Under the pieces are notes generated by a model. The model was given only the letters and a program-made list of their open reading frames with translations, was not told the origin of the DNA and searched no databases. 64,000 bases of DNA from Candidatus Wolfebacteria bacterium GW2011_GWE2_44_13 (GTDB lineage: Bacteria; Patescibacteriota; Minisyncoccia; UBA6257; UBA9933), in NCBI GenBank assembly GCA_001000675.1, contig LCHW01000001.1, positions 424,875 through 488,874 on the forward strand, given 5' to 3'. Positions 47,715 through 56,737 of the stretch are shown here, piece after piece; position 1 is the stretch's first letter, and each line of letters starts with the position of its first letter. Position numbers and translations under genes: made by a program.

Positions 47715-50006
47715 TTATTTTACTGATGGTTCTTTTTGTCGTGTGTTTTTCGGGCTTGTGAGTGGCAATAGTATGGAGAATGTCGTGCCCTTGTCTTCTT
47801 CAGAGGTAAATTCAATAGACCCTTTAATTTCTTTAATGATCGCCTTTACGATATAGAGGCCAAGACCATTCCCATCCGGTTCTTTTTCCCGTGCGTTATC
47901 GGCGCGGAAAAATTTCGTAAATATTTTCGATTGTTGTTTTGCGGGAATGCCATATCCTGTGTCCGTGATTGTGATCGCGACGTGCTTTTGATCTGGTTGT
48001 TTTTTAATGCTGATCGAAACAGAACCTCCTTGTGGTGTGTATTTTATTGCATTTCCAATAAGGTTTTGGAATATAACGCGCAACAAGCTTGGGTCTGCGC
48101 TCATTTCTTTAAGGGATGCGTCATACTCCGTCTTAATATGGAGCGCCTTTTTTTCGATAATCTGCTTTGACTCTTCGAGAACCGAATCGATGACAGTTGC
48201 AAGTAGTACCGGTTCCGGTTCTACATAAAATGCTCCCATATCAATACGCGAAACACTAAGGAGTGAGTTCACTAGCTCCACCATGCGTTTACTTGCTAGA
48301 TAAACTTGCTCAAGGTATTTGCGTTGTTCCTTGTTAAGTGTACCTACCTCTTCTTTCGTCAGCATTTCTATATACCAATTTATTACCGCAAGCGGTGTGC
48401 GTAATTGATGCGATGCAATAGAAACAAACTCAGTTTTTACTCGGTCAACTTCTTTTTGAACCGTAATGTCCCGCTCAATACCTACAAACCCATACAATAG
48501 GCCTTTATCCATAATAAGCGGCGTGATGCGTAATTCTGCAACGTAAAGTTCCCCGTTTTTGCGTTTATTTGTTATCTCTCCAACAAAAACTTTTTTCTTT
48601 GTTTTTATGGTTTCCCATAAGTCTTTATAAAATTCACTGGACATCATTTTACCCCACAATGAAGGGCGGTTGCCTACGAGCTCGGCTCGAGAGTATCCCG
48701 TAATATTTTCAGCGGCTTTATTTGCATAGATAACACGCCCGTCGAGGTCTGTGATAATAATATGATCGGATGCGCTTTCAACGGCAAGCTTAAACTTTTC
48801 AAAATCAGCTGCGCGTTCCCATATCTTCTCTTCGATATTTCCGTAGACAGTCCCTAACCTTTGCGAAAGTGCTCCCAATGCATTTCCTATGTGTTCAAAT
48901 TCATCACCTGTTTTAATTACTATTGGTTGTGCGAAGTTGCCCTGGTTAAGCTGTTCAACCGCCTTGGTGATTGTTTCTAGCGGGCGTAATAATCGCTCAA
49001 TGAGAAATGCCAATATAACGCTCATAATTATTAGTAAGAGTGCAATAATAATACCGCCCATTACAACGAGCTGCTTTGCTGTGTATATAAATGTTTCCCG
49101 CGTTTCTTCGATAACTAGGGCGAATGATGTGTTTCCGATACGCGTGATACCGATAATCTCATCTCGTTCATGCACGGGGTCGTGAATCGTTTGCGATTGC
49201 GTCCTTAATAATTTTGTTGTATCAATTCCCAGTGTGTCGTATTGCAATGATGAGATGGCAATCGAGCCAAATCGTTTTGCATCAGAAATCTCTCGCTGTA
49301 CTTCGGGCGTAAGTGCCCCGAGGCTTCGAAAGACCATTTCAGGTCGATTTGATTGCACTACTATGCCATGCTCATCAACAATCATCGAAGTGCTCTCAGC
49401 TGCTGCCACGGCTGGCCTTACGGCAGTATTAAGTATGTCTGGTTTTAGCTTTACCGCAATAATACCAAGCACCTTTCCATCCGCATTTATTACTGGATGA
49501 GAAAAATAATATCCAAATGTTTTAGTGACAGCACTAATGGCCCCTTCCATGGTGGGGGTGCCCGCAGCGGCCTGTTTAAAATATTCGCGAAATGCAAAAC
49601 TTTGCCCCACTGCCATTGGATTTGTGGATACGAGGTCTACCCCACTTATATCCATAATATTAATTGACTCGTAGGTGTGGCCTGCATCAGCCATAGTAAG
49701 GCTTTCTAGCACTGCGGGGTTTTGCAAGGCTGGACTTTTTTGTTGTAAATAATCAACTACGATATGCTGAGAAGCAATTTGTTTTGTGAAAAGCTCCGCA
49801 TTTGTAAACACTACTTCGACAGCCGACCCTTGTTGTATCGCGATTGATTCAACGTGTTTAAGGCCCAATTGTGAAGCAATATTGTTATTTATCTGAAACG
49901 TCATGATGAGCACGAGCGTTCCAAAAAATAGTACGATTACGCTGATCGTCAGAATAAGTTTTCGTTTAAATGAAATGCGTGGTTGCATACGTTTGGTTAC
50001 TCGCAC
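47715..50006 (-). CDS. Sensor histidine kinase (dCache, HAMP, PAS, HisKA, HATPase)
   Basis: FREYF dCache motif; SHQLRTPL, NAIKY, DTGYGI, GNGLGL. Confidence 0.93.
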   Translation of the reverse strand: MRVTKRMQPRISFKRKLILTISVIVLFFGTLVLIMTFQINNNIASQLGLKHVESIAIQQGSAVEVVFTNAELFTKQIASQHIVVDYLQQKSPALQNPAVLESLTMADAGHTYESINIMDISGVDLVSTNPMAVGQSFAFREYFKQAAAGTPTMEGAISAVTKTFGYYFSHPVINADGKVLGIIAVKLKPDILNTAVRPAVAAAESTSMIVDEHGIVVQSNRPEMVFRSLGALTPEVQREISDAKRFGSIAISSLQYDTLGIDTTKLLRTQSQTIHDPVHERDEIIGITRIGNTSFALVIEETRETFIYTAKQLVVMGGIIIALLLIIMSVILAFLIERLLRPLETITKAVEQLNQGNFAQPIVIKTGDEFEHIGNALGALSQRLGTVYGNIEEKIWERAADFEKFKLAVESASDHIIITDLDGRVIYANKAAENITGYSRAELVGNRPSLWGKMMSSEFYKDLWETIKTKKKVFVGEITNKRKNGELYVAELRITPLIMDKGLLYGFVGIERDITVQKEVDRVKTEFVSIASHQLRTPLAVINWYIEMLTKEEVGTLNKEQRKYLEQVYLASKRMVELVNSLLSVSRIDMGAFYVEPEPVLLATVIDSVLEESKQIIEKKALHIKTEYDASLKEMSADPSLLRVIFQNLIGNAIKYTPQGGSVSISIKKQPDQKHVAITITDTGYGIPAKQQSKIFTKFFRADNAREKEPDGNGLGLYIVKAIIKEIKGSIEFTSEEDKGTTFSILLPLTSPKNTRQKEPSVK

Positions 50007-50067
50007 TACTACACTTCTTATCTTATGTAAGTATACATCTTTTTTACTCGTAGCTACAGGGTATGTA

Positions 50068-51195
50068 TTATATTGCTCGATGGTTTACTCCGGTTGCTTC
50101 AGTGATGGTTGTAAGTCCGTCGCGCATGAGTAATGTTTTTAATCCCTGATTAATTTCGCCAATCAATTGAGGTCCCTCAAAAATCATTCCCGTGATGAGT
50201 TGTACGAGCGATGCGCCTTGTTTTATTTTTTCATAGGCATCGTGTGCTGAAAAAATACCTCCACAACCGATGATACAATAGGCGCCGTTTGTTTTCTTGT
50301 AGATATGGCCAATCATTATGTTAGAACGATCTCGCACTACCTTGCCACTCATGCCTCCATATGCGGGAATGTTTTTGTCCTTGATATGCTTATTTTCTCG
50401 GTTTTTTGTTAAATTCGTGCAAATAAACCCGTGGACTCGGTGCTGTTTAGCTACAACAATAATCGCATCGATTTGTACATCGGTTAAATCTGCAGAGAGT
50501 TTTAGAAAGATTGGCTTTTTAGTTTGAATCGCATCAATCCGTGTCAATAACGCGTCGAGTGCGCCTGGTTCTACAAATGGCTCTCCCATGCAAGTGTTTG
50601 GGCAACTGATATTAATCGTAAAGTAATCTCCAATTGTTGCAAATGCGGAAAATGCTTTTGCATAGTCTGCAATACCCGCCTCTTGCGTTGCGGTTGTGCT
50701 ATCGTTTGTCATTGCAATACTTGTCCCTAAGGGCGTGCGAAACTGCTTTTGCGTAAGACGATGGGCTATTGCAGCGCACCCAGAATTTTTTAACCCATAA
50801 TACACAATAAGGCCTTTAGATTTTTTCATACGCCACAAGCGTGGTCGTGTATTTCCTTTGCACGCATTCCCTGTTATTGATCCAATTTCAGTAAAACCAA
50901 AGCCAACTGCTCCGATAATATCCGTAAGAACGCCGTCTTTATCAAACCCTGCTGCAAGTCCCACTGGATTTGCAAAGCGAATACCCGCAACGTTCTGTTC
51001 CAATATTGGATCTGCATATGCAAATAAGCTTTTTGTTAATGCTCGCGTTATTGCGTAGTTACCTAAAAACACACCTACCTGTGTCATCGCATCGTGTACG
51101 TCTTCAGGATCAGCTGCAAAAAAGATACGCTTTAGGATAGTCCGATAGATAAATCCTATTACGATGTTTCTATTCCGTATAAAAATGTCTTTCAT
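50068..51195 (-). CDS. pyrD: Quinone-dependent (class 2) dihydroorotate dehydrogenase
   Basis: NPVGLAAGFDK, PRL.R, NISCPNT, GGMSG, GASLVQL. Confidence 0.92.
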   Translation of the reverse strand: MKDIFIRNRNIVIGFIYRTILKRIFFAADPEDVHDAMTQVGVFLGNYAITRALTKSLFAYADPILEQNVAGIRFANPVGLAAGFDKDGVLTDIIGAVGFGFTEIGSITGNACKGNTRPRLWRMKKSKGLIVYYGLKNSGCAAIAHRLTQKQFRTPLGTSIAMTNDSTTATQEAGIADYAKAFSAFATIGDYFTINISCPNTCMGEPFVEPGALDALLTRIDAIQTKKPIFLKLSADLTDVQIDAIIVVAKQHRVHGFICTNLTKNRENKHIKDKNIPAYGGMSGKVVRDRSNIMIGHIYKKTNGAYCIIGCGGIFSAHDAYEKIKQGASLVQLITGMIFEGPQLIGEINQGLKTLLMRDGLTTITEATGVNHRAI

Positions 51196-51255
51196 AAAAA
51201 TAATAAAAATCAGTACTTGTGCGTACTGATTTGTATTATAGCATAGATTGTCTTG

Positions 51256-51504
51256 TTACTTCTGCATCGCTGCGAATCTTCCCGCGATTGCTTGCTGCGC
51301 TTTTTTAACCGCATCATTAAACGTATCTTTCATAATGCCCTCCAATTTTGCTGCTGCGATGTCTTCAGAAATAGTAACTTTCTTTACTTCAAAAGCACCG
51401 TTCATGCTAATAGTAACCCCGTCGCGCTCCACCGTTACCTCTTCTTGCTGAATTGCGCTCTGCAACTCCTTGAGCTGTTTTAATTGTTTAAATGAATCAA
51501 ACAT
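51256..51504 (-). CDS. YbaB/EbfC family nucleoid-associated protein
   Basis: LKQLKELQ...GVTISMNG..EV..V.I...FNDAVKK. Confidence 0.8.
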   Translation of the reverse strand: MFDSFKQLKQLKELQSAIQQEEVTVERDGVTISMNGAFEVKKVTISEDIAAAKLEGIMKDTFNDAVKKAQQAIAGRFAAMQK

Positions 51505-51623
51505 AGTTATGGATTTATTTTTATTGAGTACGCCATACGATTATAGCAGAAAATTTCTGTAAAAAAAGACCGTAGCAGTGCTACGGTCCATGATGAACAC
51601 ACCTTGGCAAGGGGCGGTGAATG

Positions 51624-52406
51624 TTATCTGCGCGCGGGAATCAGGATAAGCTCCTGCCCCTTGATTCCAGCGATGATTTGCGTTGCTCCGACGACCTGCT
51701 CTTGCAGGTGTCCGAAAACAGCGGTCACTTTTTGGCAGAACCCGTCAAACGGAGCAACATGTGCTTCGGTGCGCGTAATTGTTACGATGAATGTCGTTTC
51801 ATCGCTTAACGTCAGTGCCGCTGTTTTGTCGGGCTGTACGCGTCCGAGAAACGCGACGCTTTTTTGCGCCACATACATCGTGACTGCGACTTGCTCCCAA
51901 CACTCGTTTATCTGCGAAAGCCCAAGATACTTCAAGCAGGGTCCCGTAGTAAATAGTATCCCGTTCCCCTCGTTAAGAAGGCGGATATTCTTTGCCACGG
52001 GGGTTGCTTTTCGCAGCAGGTCGAGGCCGAATCCGAAGAAATATTCGGTCGGCTCCTTTGGCGTTCCACACGGGAAAAATGCGGTTACAATGTCTTGGAC
52101 ATGTAATTGCGTTGCCAAAGCGGCGATAACCTCCTTAACCGGTCCAGTCATCGCGCCCATCACCTCAACAATCAGAAGCCGTTTTTTCAGTTGCGCGCTT
52201 TTGATGGCGGTAATTGCCGCGCACTGTGAAAAGCGCATAGCAGGGACGATGAGACCTTTCTTACTTTCGATGGAAACAGGCACGTCCAGCGTCTGCACGT
52301 GCACCACATTTCCCTCCACAGCGATACCGCAAATCTGCCTGAGGTTCATGTTGCCGACTTCCGCTACGAACTTCGGGACCGTGTATATTCGTTCGGTGTA
52401 GTTCAA
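51624..52406 (-). CDS. GC-rich hypothetical protein
   Basis: Open frame; probable TTG start at 52406 after AAGGGG; TTGACA at 52522-52517; terminator at 51561-51589. Confidence 0.62.
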   Translation of the reverse strand: MNYTERIYTVPKFVAEVGNMNLRQICGIAVEGNVVHVQTLDVPVSIESKKGLIVPAMRFSQCAAITAIKSAQLKKRLLIVEVMGAMTGPVKEVIAALATQLHVQDIVTAFFPCGTPKEPTEYFFGFGLDLLRKATPVAKNIRLLNEGNGILFTTGPCLKYLGLSQINECWEQVAVTMYVAQKSVAFLGRVQPDKTAALTLSDETTFIVTITRTEAHVAPFDGFCQKVTAVFGHLQEQVVGATQIIAGIKGQELILIPARR

Positions 52407-52580
52407 GTGACACCCCTTAAAAGTGAATGGTTTCGTATATGCCCCTTGCCAAGGCAATATAAAAATAAATTTGAAATGTGCGAGTGAGTCGCTATCTTTA
52501 CATATACACGATAGTCTGTCAACCGTGTCGTTACGTAATATAAAAATCCCCCATCACAGAGATGGGGATTTTTATATTAC

Positions 52581-53234
52581 TTATTCCTCCCTAACTGTTG
52601 CAGAAAGAATTTTTACTGGGCTAACAGGGGCAGATGGCTCACCACCGCGACTCATGGTCACTGGTGCGTTTGCGATTGCATCTACTGCATCCATACCCTG
52701 AATTACTTTTCCAAAAATGGTGTAATTTTTTGGTAATGCATAATCGGCGTGCATGATAAAGAATTGGCTGCCGTTTGTGTTTGGCCCTGCGTTTGCCATA
52801 GCCACTGTTCCTCGTGAGTATTCTCCAACGAATGGTTCATCCGCAAACGTATATCCTGGGCCACCCGTGCCATCCCCTCGTGGATCCCCTCCTTGGATCA
52901 TAAACCCTTTGATTGCGCGGTGAAATATTGTGTTATCGTAGTACCCTTTTTTAGCGAGCGTTACAAAATTATCAACCGTTTTCGGTGTTTGGTCGGTATT
53001 GAGCGCGATTACAATTGCGCCTGCAGTTGTCTGTAGTGTTACTTCGATTTTAGTTTTTTGTGATCCTGTGGTTTCCATAGGTTTTTTTGGTTCTGTATTA
53101 GGTGAAGTTATTTGCGTTTGCTTTGTTACTGAACCCGTATCTTTTTTTGTGGTGTCGGATTTTCCGTAGATTCCAACTCCAATAACGAGCAGTACCAAGA
53201 AGATCACGATTGCGATGCCTTCTTTATTGTTCAT
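52581..53234 (-). CDS. Membrane-anchored cyclophilin-type peptidyl-prolyl isomerase
   Basis: FHR.IKGFMIQGGD, AMANAGPNTNGSQFFI, FGKV. Confidence 0.95.
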   Translation of the reverse strand: MNNKEGIAIVIFLVLLVIGVGIYGKSDTTKKDTGSVTKQTQITSPNTEPKKPMETTGSQKTKIEVTLQTTAGAIVIALNTDQTPKTVDNFVTLAKKGYYDNTIFHRAIKGFMIQGGDPRGDGTGGPGYTFADEPFVGEYSRGTVAMANAGPNTNGSQFFIMHADYALPKNYTIFGKVIQGMDAVDAIANAPVTMSRGGEPSAPVSPVKILSATVREE

Positions 53235-53326
53235 AGTTCTGTATATATGATTATCTTTTCTCTATTGTACAAAAGAACAATCCCTTTATGCAATAACAGC
53301 GCTCGAGGCGCTGTTATTGAAAATCA

Positions 53327-55111
53327 TTATTTGCCCTTTGCTGATTTGTTTCGATCAGTTTCGTTTAAATATTTTTTGCGTAATCGAATGCTCTTCGGAG
53401 TAACTTCGAGATATTCATCTTCAGCCATTACTTCGAGGCCGCGTTCTAATGATACGGTAAGTGGTGGAATTAGTTGGATAGCTTCATCAGCTCGTGACGA
53501 ACGCATGTTTGTGAGCTGCTTACCCTTGATTGGGTTAACGGTCATGTCTTGTCCCTTTGCAGTATTGCCAATGACCATACCTTCGTACACTTCAGTGTTG
53601 GCATCGATAAAGAGTGTGCCGCGTTCCTGTAAGTTTGCGAGCGAGAACGCAAGCGCCTTACCCGCTACCATGGAAATCATAGACCCTAATTCTGTCTTTA
53701 CGATTTCTCCTGCAAATGGGCGAAATCCGATGAACCGGCTACATAAAATTCCTTCGCCGCGCGTATCAATTGTAAACTGTCCGCGATAGCCAAGTAGTCC
53801 TCGTGTAGGAATCTCGAACAAGACGCGCGTGTAGCTTTCGATCTGCTTCATTTGCGTCATAATACCGCGACGCTTTCCGAGTGTTTCGATAACAACACCA
53901 GCCATTTTTTCTGGTACGTCAATAACAACCTCTTCGTATGGTTCCATTTTCTTCCCATCCTCTTCTCGCATAATAACCTGTGGCTGCGATACTTGCAGCT
54001 CGTACCCTTCGCGACGCATGTTTTCCAAAAGAATTGCGATGTGCATTTCTCCACGACCGTATACCTTAAAGGTATCTCCGCCAGAAAAATCTACTTTTAA
54101 GCCGACGTTAACTTCAAGCTCCTTTTCTAGGCGCTCTTTAATCTGTCGTGTTGTTACAAATTTACCTTCTTTTCCTGCAAATGGAGAATCGTTTACCAAG
54201 AAGTTTAGCGAGATTGTAGGCTCATCAATTGCGATTGCTGGCAGTGCTTCTTGGTCTGCACTTACACACAATGTTTCGCCAATGTCGATGTTTGGTAACC
54301 CTGCAATCATAACAATATCACCTGAGCTTACTGATAGTGAATCGATGCGCTCCAGGCCTTTAAAGGTGAAGAGTTTTGTAATTTTACCGGTGCGTGTTTC
54401 ACCTGTTGGCTTTTTGATAATGAGCGTATCGCCCACTTTTGTTGTTCCTTCATAGACACGTGCGATCGCAAGTCGACCCAAGAAATTGTCATACGCCAAG
54501 TTAAATGGCTGTGCACGAAAAGGTGCATCATCACGCATATGGCTTGGCTGAACTTCGTCAATGATTACGTCTAATAATGGGGTCAGATCTTTTGAATCAT
54601 CAGTCAAGTTCTTTTTTGCAATACCTTCGCGCCCGATTGCATAGACAGTGGTAAAGTTCAGCTGCTCATCGGTTGCTCCTAAGTCCATAAATAATTCAAG
54701 AACCATCTCATGTGCTTCTTCTGGATTTGCGGCTGGCTTGTCGATTTTATTGATAATAACAATCGGCTTTAATCCGAGCTCGAGCGACTTCTTCAATACG
54801 AATCGTGTCTGTGGCATTGGGCCTTCTTGTGCATCAACAACCAATAATACGGAGTCAATGGAGCGTAATACGCGCTCTACTTCAGATCCGAAATCGGCGT
54901 GTCCTGGGGTATCCACAATATTGACCTTTGTACCTTTGTACATGATCGATGCATTTTTTGCATAGATAGTAATACCACGCTCTTTTTCAAGCGTGTTGCT
55001 GTCCATGCTTACTCCTTCAACAGCGGCTCCTGTTTGTTTTAGGATTGCGTCGGTGAGTGTTGTTTTGCCGTGGTCTACGTGTGCGATAATCGCAATATTG
55101 CGGATTTCCAT
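53327..55111 (-). CDS. typA: Translational GTPase TypA/BipA
   Basis: Start MEIRNIAIIAHVDHGKTT at 55111; DTPGHADF, GRGEMH, EVTP.SIRLRK. Confidence 0.97.
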   Translation of the reverse strand: MEIRNIAIIAHVDHGKTTLTDAILKQTGAAVEGVSMDSNTLEKERGITIYAKNASIMYKGTKVNIVDTPGHADFGSEVERVLRSIDSVLLVVDAQEGPMPQTRFVLKKSLELGLKPIVIINKIDKPAANPEEAHEMVLELFMDLGATDEQLNFTTVYAIGREGIAKKNLTDDSKDLTPLLDVIIDEVQPSHMRDDAPFRAQPFNLAYDNFLGRLAIARVYEGTTKVGDTLIIKKPTGETRTGKITKLFTFKGLERIDSLSVSSGDIVMIAGLPNIDIGETLCVSADQEALPAIAIDEPTISLNFLVNDSPFAGKEGKFVTTRQIKERLEKELEVNVGLKVDFSGGDTFKVYGRGEMHIAILLENMRREGYELQVSQPQVIMREEDGKKMEPYEEVVIDVPEKMAGVVIETLGKRRGIMTQMKQIESYTRVLFEIPTRGLLGYRGQFTIDTRGEGILCSRFIGFRPFAGEIVKTELGSMISMVAGKALAFSLANLQERGTLFIDANTEVYEGMVIGNTAKGQDMTVNPIKGKQLTNMRSSRADEAIQLIPPLTVSLERGLEVMAEDEYLEVTPKSIRLRKKYLNETDRNKSAKGK

Positions 55112-55218
55112 ATAAAAAAGCCCTTTGGGGCAGTATCTATTAATTGAGTTACCATTATAACGTAAAGGTTGAAAATTGTCCAGCCTTTTTAAGGCTTCCG
55201 AAATACTTCCCAATGTTT

Positions 55219-55550
55219 GTCATTCCCGTGCAGACGGGAATCCAGGCTTTCGTACTTTTTCAAAAAAGTACGTCCGTCGGATTCGAAAAGGAAGGATCAA
55301 ATCCGACAGCCCGGCACGTTGCACGCTTGCTCCGCTCGCTAGCAACGCCAAGGCTCAAAACTGTGAACTCGCTCCTGCGCACCGCTCAAACAACCCAGTT
55401 TTTGAGGAAATTTTTTTCGCCTATTTTATCCGTCATTTTTACGGATGCTTGGGGAATACGAATTAATGCGCCCTTAATCCGAAATATTTTCATGTTCGTA
55501 GATGCAAAATACATTCTCTGTCATTCCCGTCCTTCGACACTCAGAGCGCA
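55219..55550. repeat. Composite structured repeat family B, copy 2
   Basis: gtcattcccgtgcagacgggaatcca; aaaactgtgaactcgctcctgcgcaccgctcaaac...cagtttttgaggaaattt shared with 15070-15133; partial gtcattcccgtccttcgacactcag at about 55520. Confidence 0.65.
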
Positions 55551-55611
55551 TAATAAAAAAAAGCCGCTCGTATAGAGCGGCTGTTATAGTGAAAGACTAT
55601 TTACGAGGATT

Positions 55612-56100
55612 CTAGATAAGGCTTCCTCCCCAGTATTCGTGATAGCCAAGTACTCGGCCCGTTTCGATGCTTTTAATTACTTCATACCCCCTCATCTCGC
55701 GAAAAGACGCACTCGTGCAATTATTGATATACAATAGATCACCTTCTTCGCAAGATTGCGGGCCACGACACCCCACGGAACTGCCTGTCGTATATGCCTT
55801 CGTGAGAGCAGCCTTTAAAAATGAGATAACCTTCTTTGGATACGACCCTCCGTACGACATTAGCCAAATTGGCTTACCCTTGTAGAATATCGTTGTTGTT
55901 CCGACTGAGTAAGTCGATCGAGGCATTGTGTAGTAGCGATCTACTACCGTGAAGCCTTCTTCGATACATGTAATCGTCGTATACCCATCAGTTGTCTTAA
56001 TCTTGGGTACGCCATCGCCCTCTTCGCTTGCATATCCAGACAGCATTGCAGCGATGAAAGCCTTTTTTGCCCAATCTAATATCTCATTTCGTTTGTCCAT
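55612..56100 (-). CDS. DUF5680-like protein
   Basis: GYA...DRYY...G...I....PIW.MSYGG...FLKAAL...RGP pattern; GAGGG SD; own promoter and terminator. Confidence 0.7.
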   Translation of the reverse strand: MDKRNEILDWAKKAFIAAMLSGYASEEGDGVPKIKTTDGYTTITCIEEGFTVVDRYYTMPRSTYSVGTTTIFYKGKPIWLMSYGGSYPKKVISFLKAALTKAYTTGSSVGCRGPQSCEEGDLLYINNCTSASFREMRGYEVIKSIETGRVLGYHEYWGGSLI

Positions 56101-56148
56101 TACTAGTCCCTCTCTTATTTTTTGGTTGGATTTAAATTAGCTAAAAAT

Positions 56149-56210
56149 AGCATACCTTTTCTTGTTATTTTGTCAAACAAAAAACCGCCGGAAAATCCGG
56201 CGGATCTTTT
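56149..56210 (-). promoter_or_regulatory. Terminator hairpin fused to TTGACA-N16-TATGCT promoter
   Basis: tgtcaaacaaaaaaccgccggaaaatccggcgg; the tgtcaaacaaaaaac segment is identical to junction 24051. Confidence 0.72.
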
Positions 56211-56687
56211 TTATTTACACCAAAGGCACTTTTTCCATTTCGCAGGAATCATTTTTGAACGTTCGATCATGCCATCGATTCCCCAGTTACTACCCGCATT
56301 AAATACCATTAAAACGATGAAGCCGGTAATATAGACAATGTGTTCGTCCACGATGTACGAATGCTCCCCTACGTACGGGAACTTGAGGATTGGAATATAG
56401 TACAACGCCATCATTATTGCGCCAAGAAGCGATGCTGCTCGTGTAGCGAACCCAAGCAGTAATGTTGCGCCGATGAGGAAAAGTCCCCATTCATTCAAGA
56501 AATCGACCCATACAATGTTTTGCGGTGCTCCGAGCCACTGATAGAATCCTGACATAAACTGCGCCCCTTTAAGATACCCGGCTGACGTCCATGCTGCGTT
56601 CATGAGCTTAGCGATGCCGGCGTAGAGAAACAAAAACCCAAGAGAAACACGCAAAAGAAGCAATGCTATTTTTTGTGATTTTGTCAT
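56211..56687 (-). CDS. DoxX family membrane protein
   Basis: LLRVSLG.LFL.AG..K, LLLG..TR.A, GID motif. Confidence 0.88.
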   Translation of the reverse strand: MTKSQKIALLLLRVSLGFLFLYAGIAKLMNAAWTSAGYLKGAQFMSGFYQWLGAPQNIVWVDFLNEWGLFLIGATLLLGFATRAASLLGAIMMALYYIPILKFPYVGEHSYIVDEHIVYITGFIVLMVFNAGSNWGIDGMIERSKMIPAKWKKCLWCK

Positions 56688-56737
56688 AGTGATATTAGTA
56701 TACCACTTCTACTCTATTTTATGTACTGCGCAACAAC

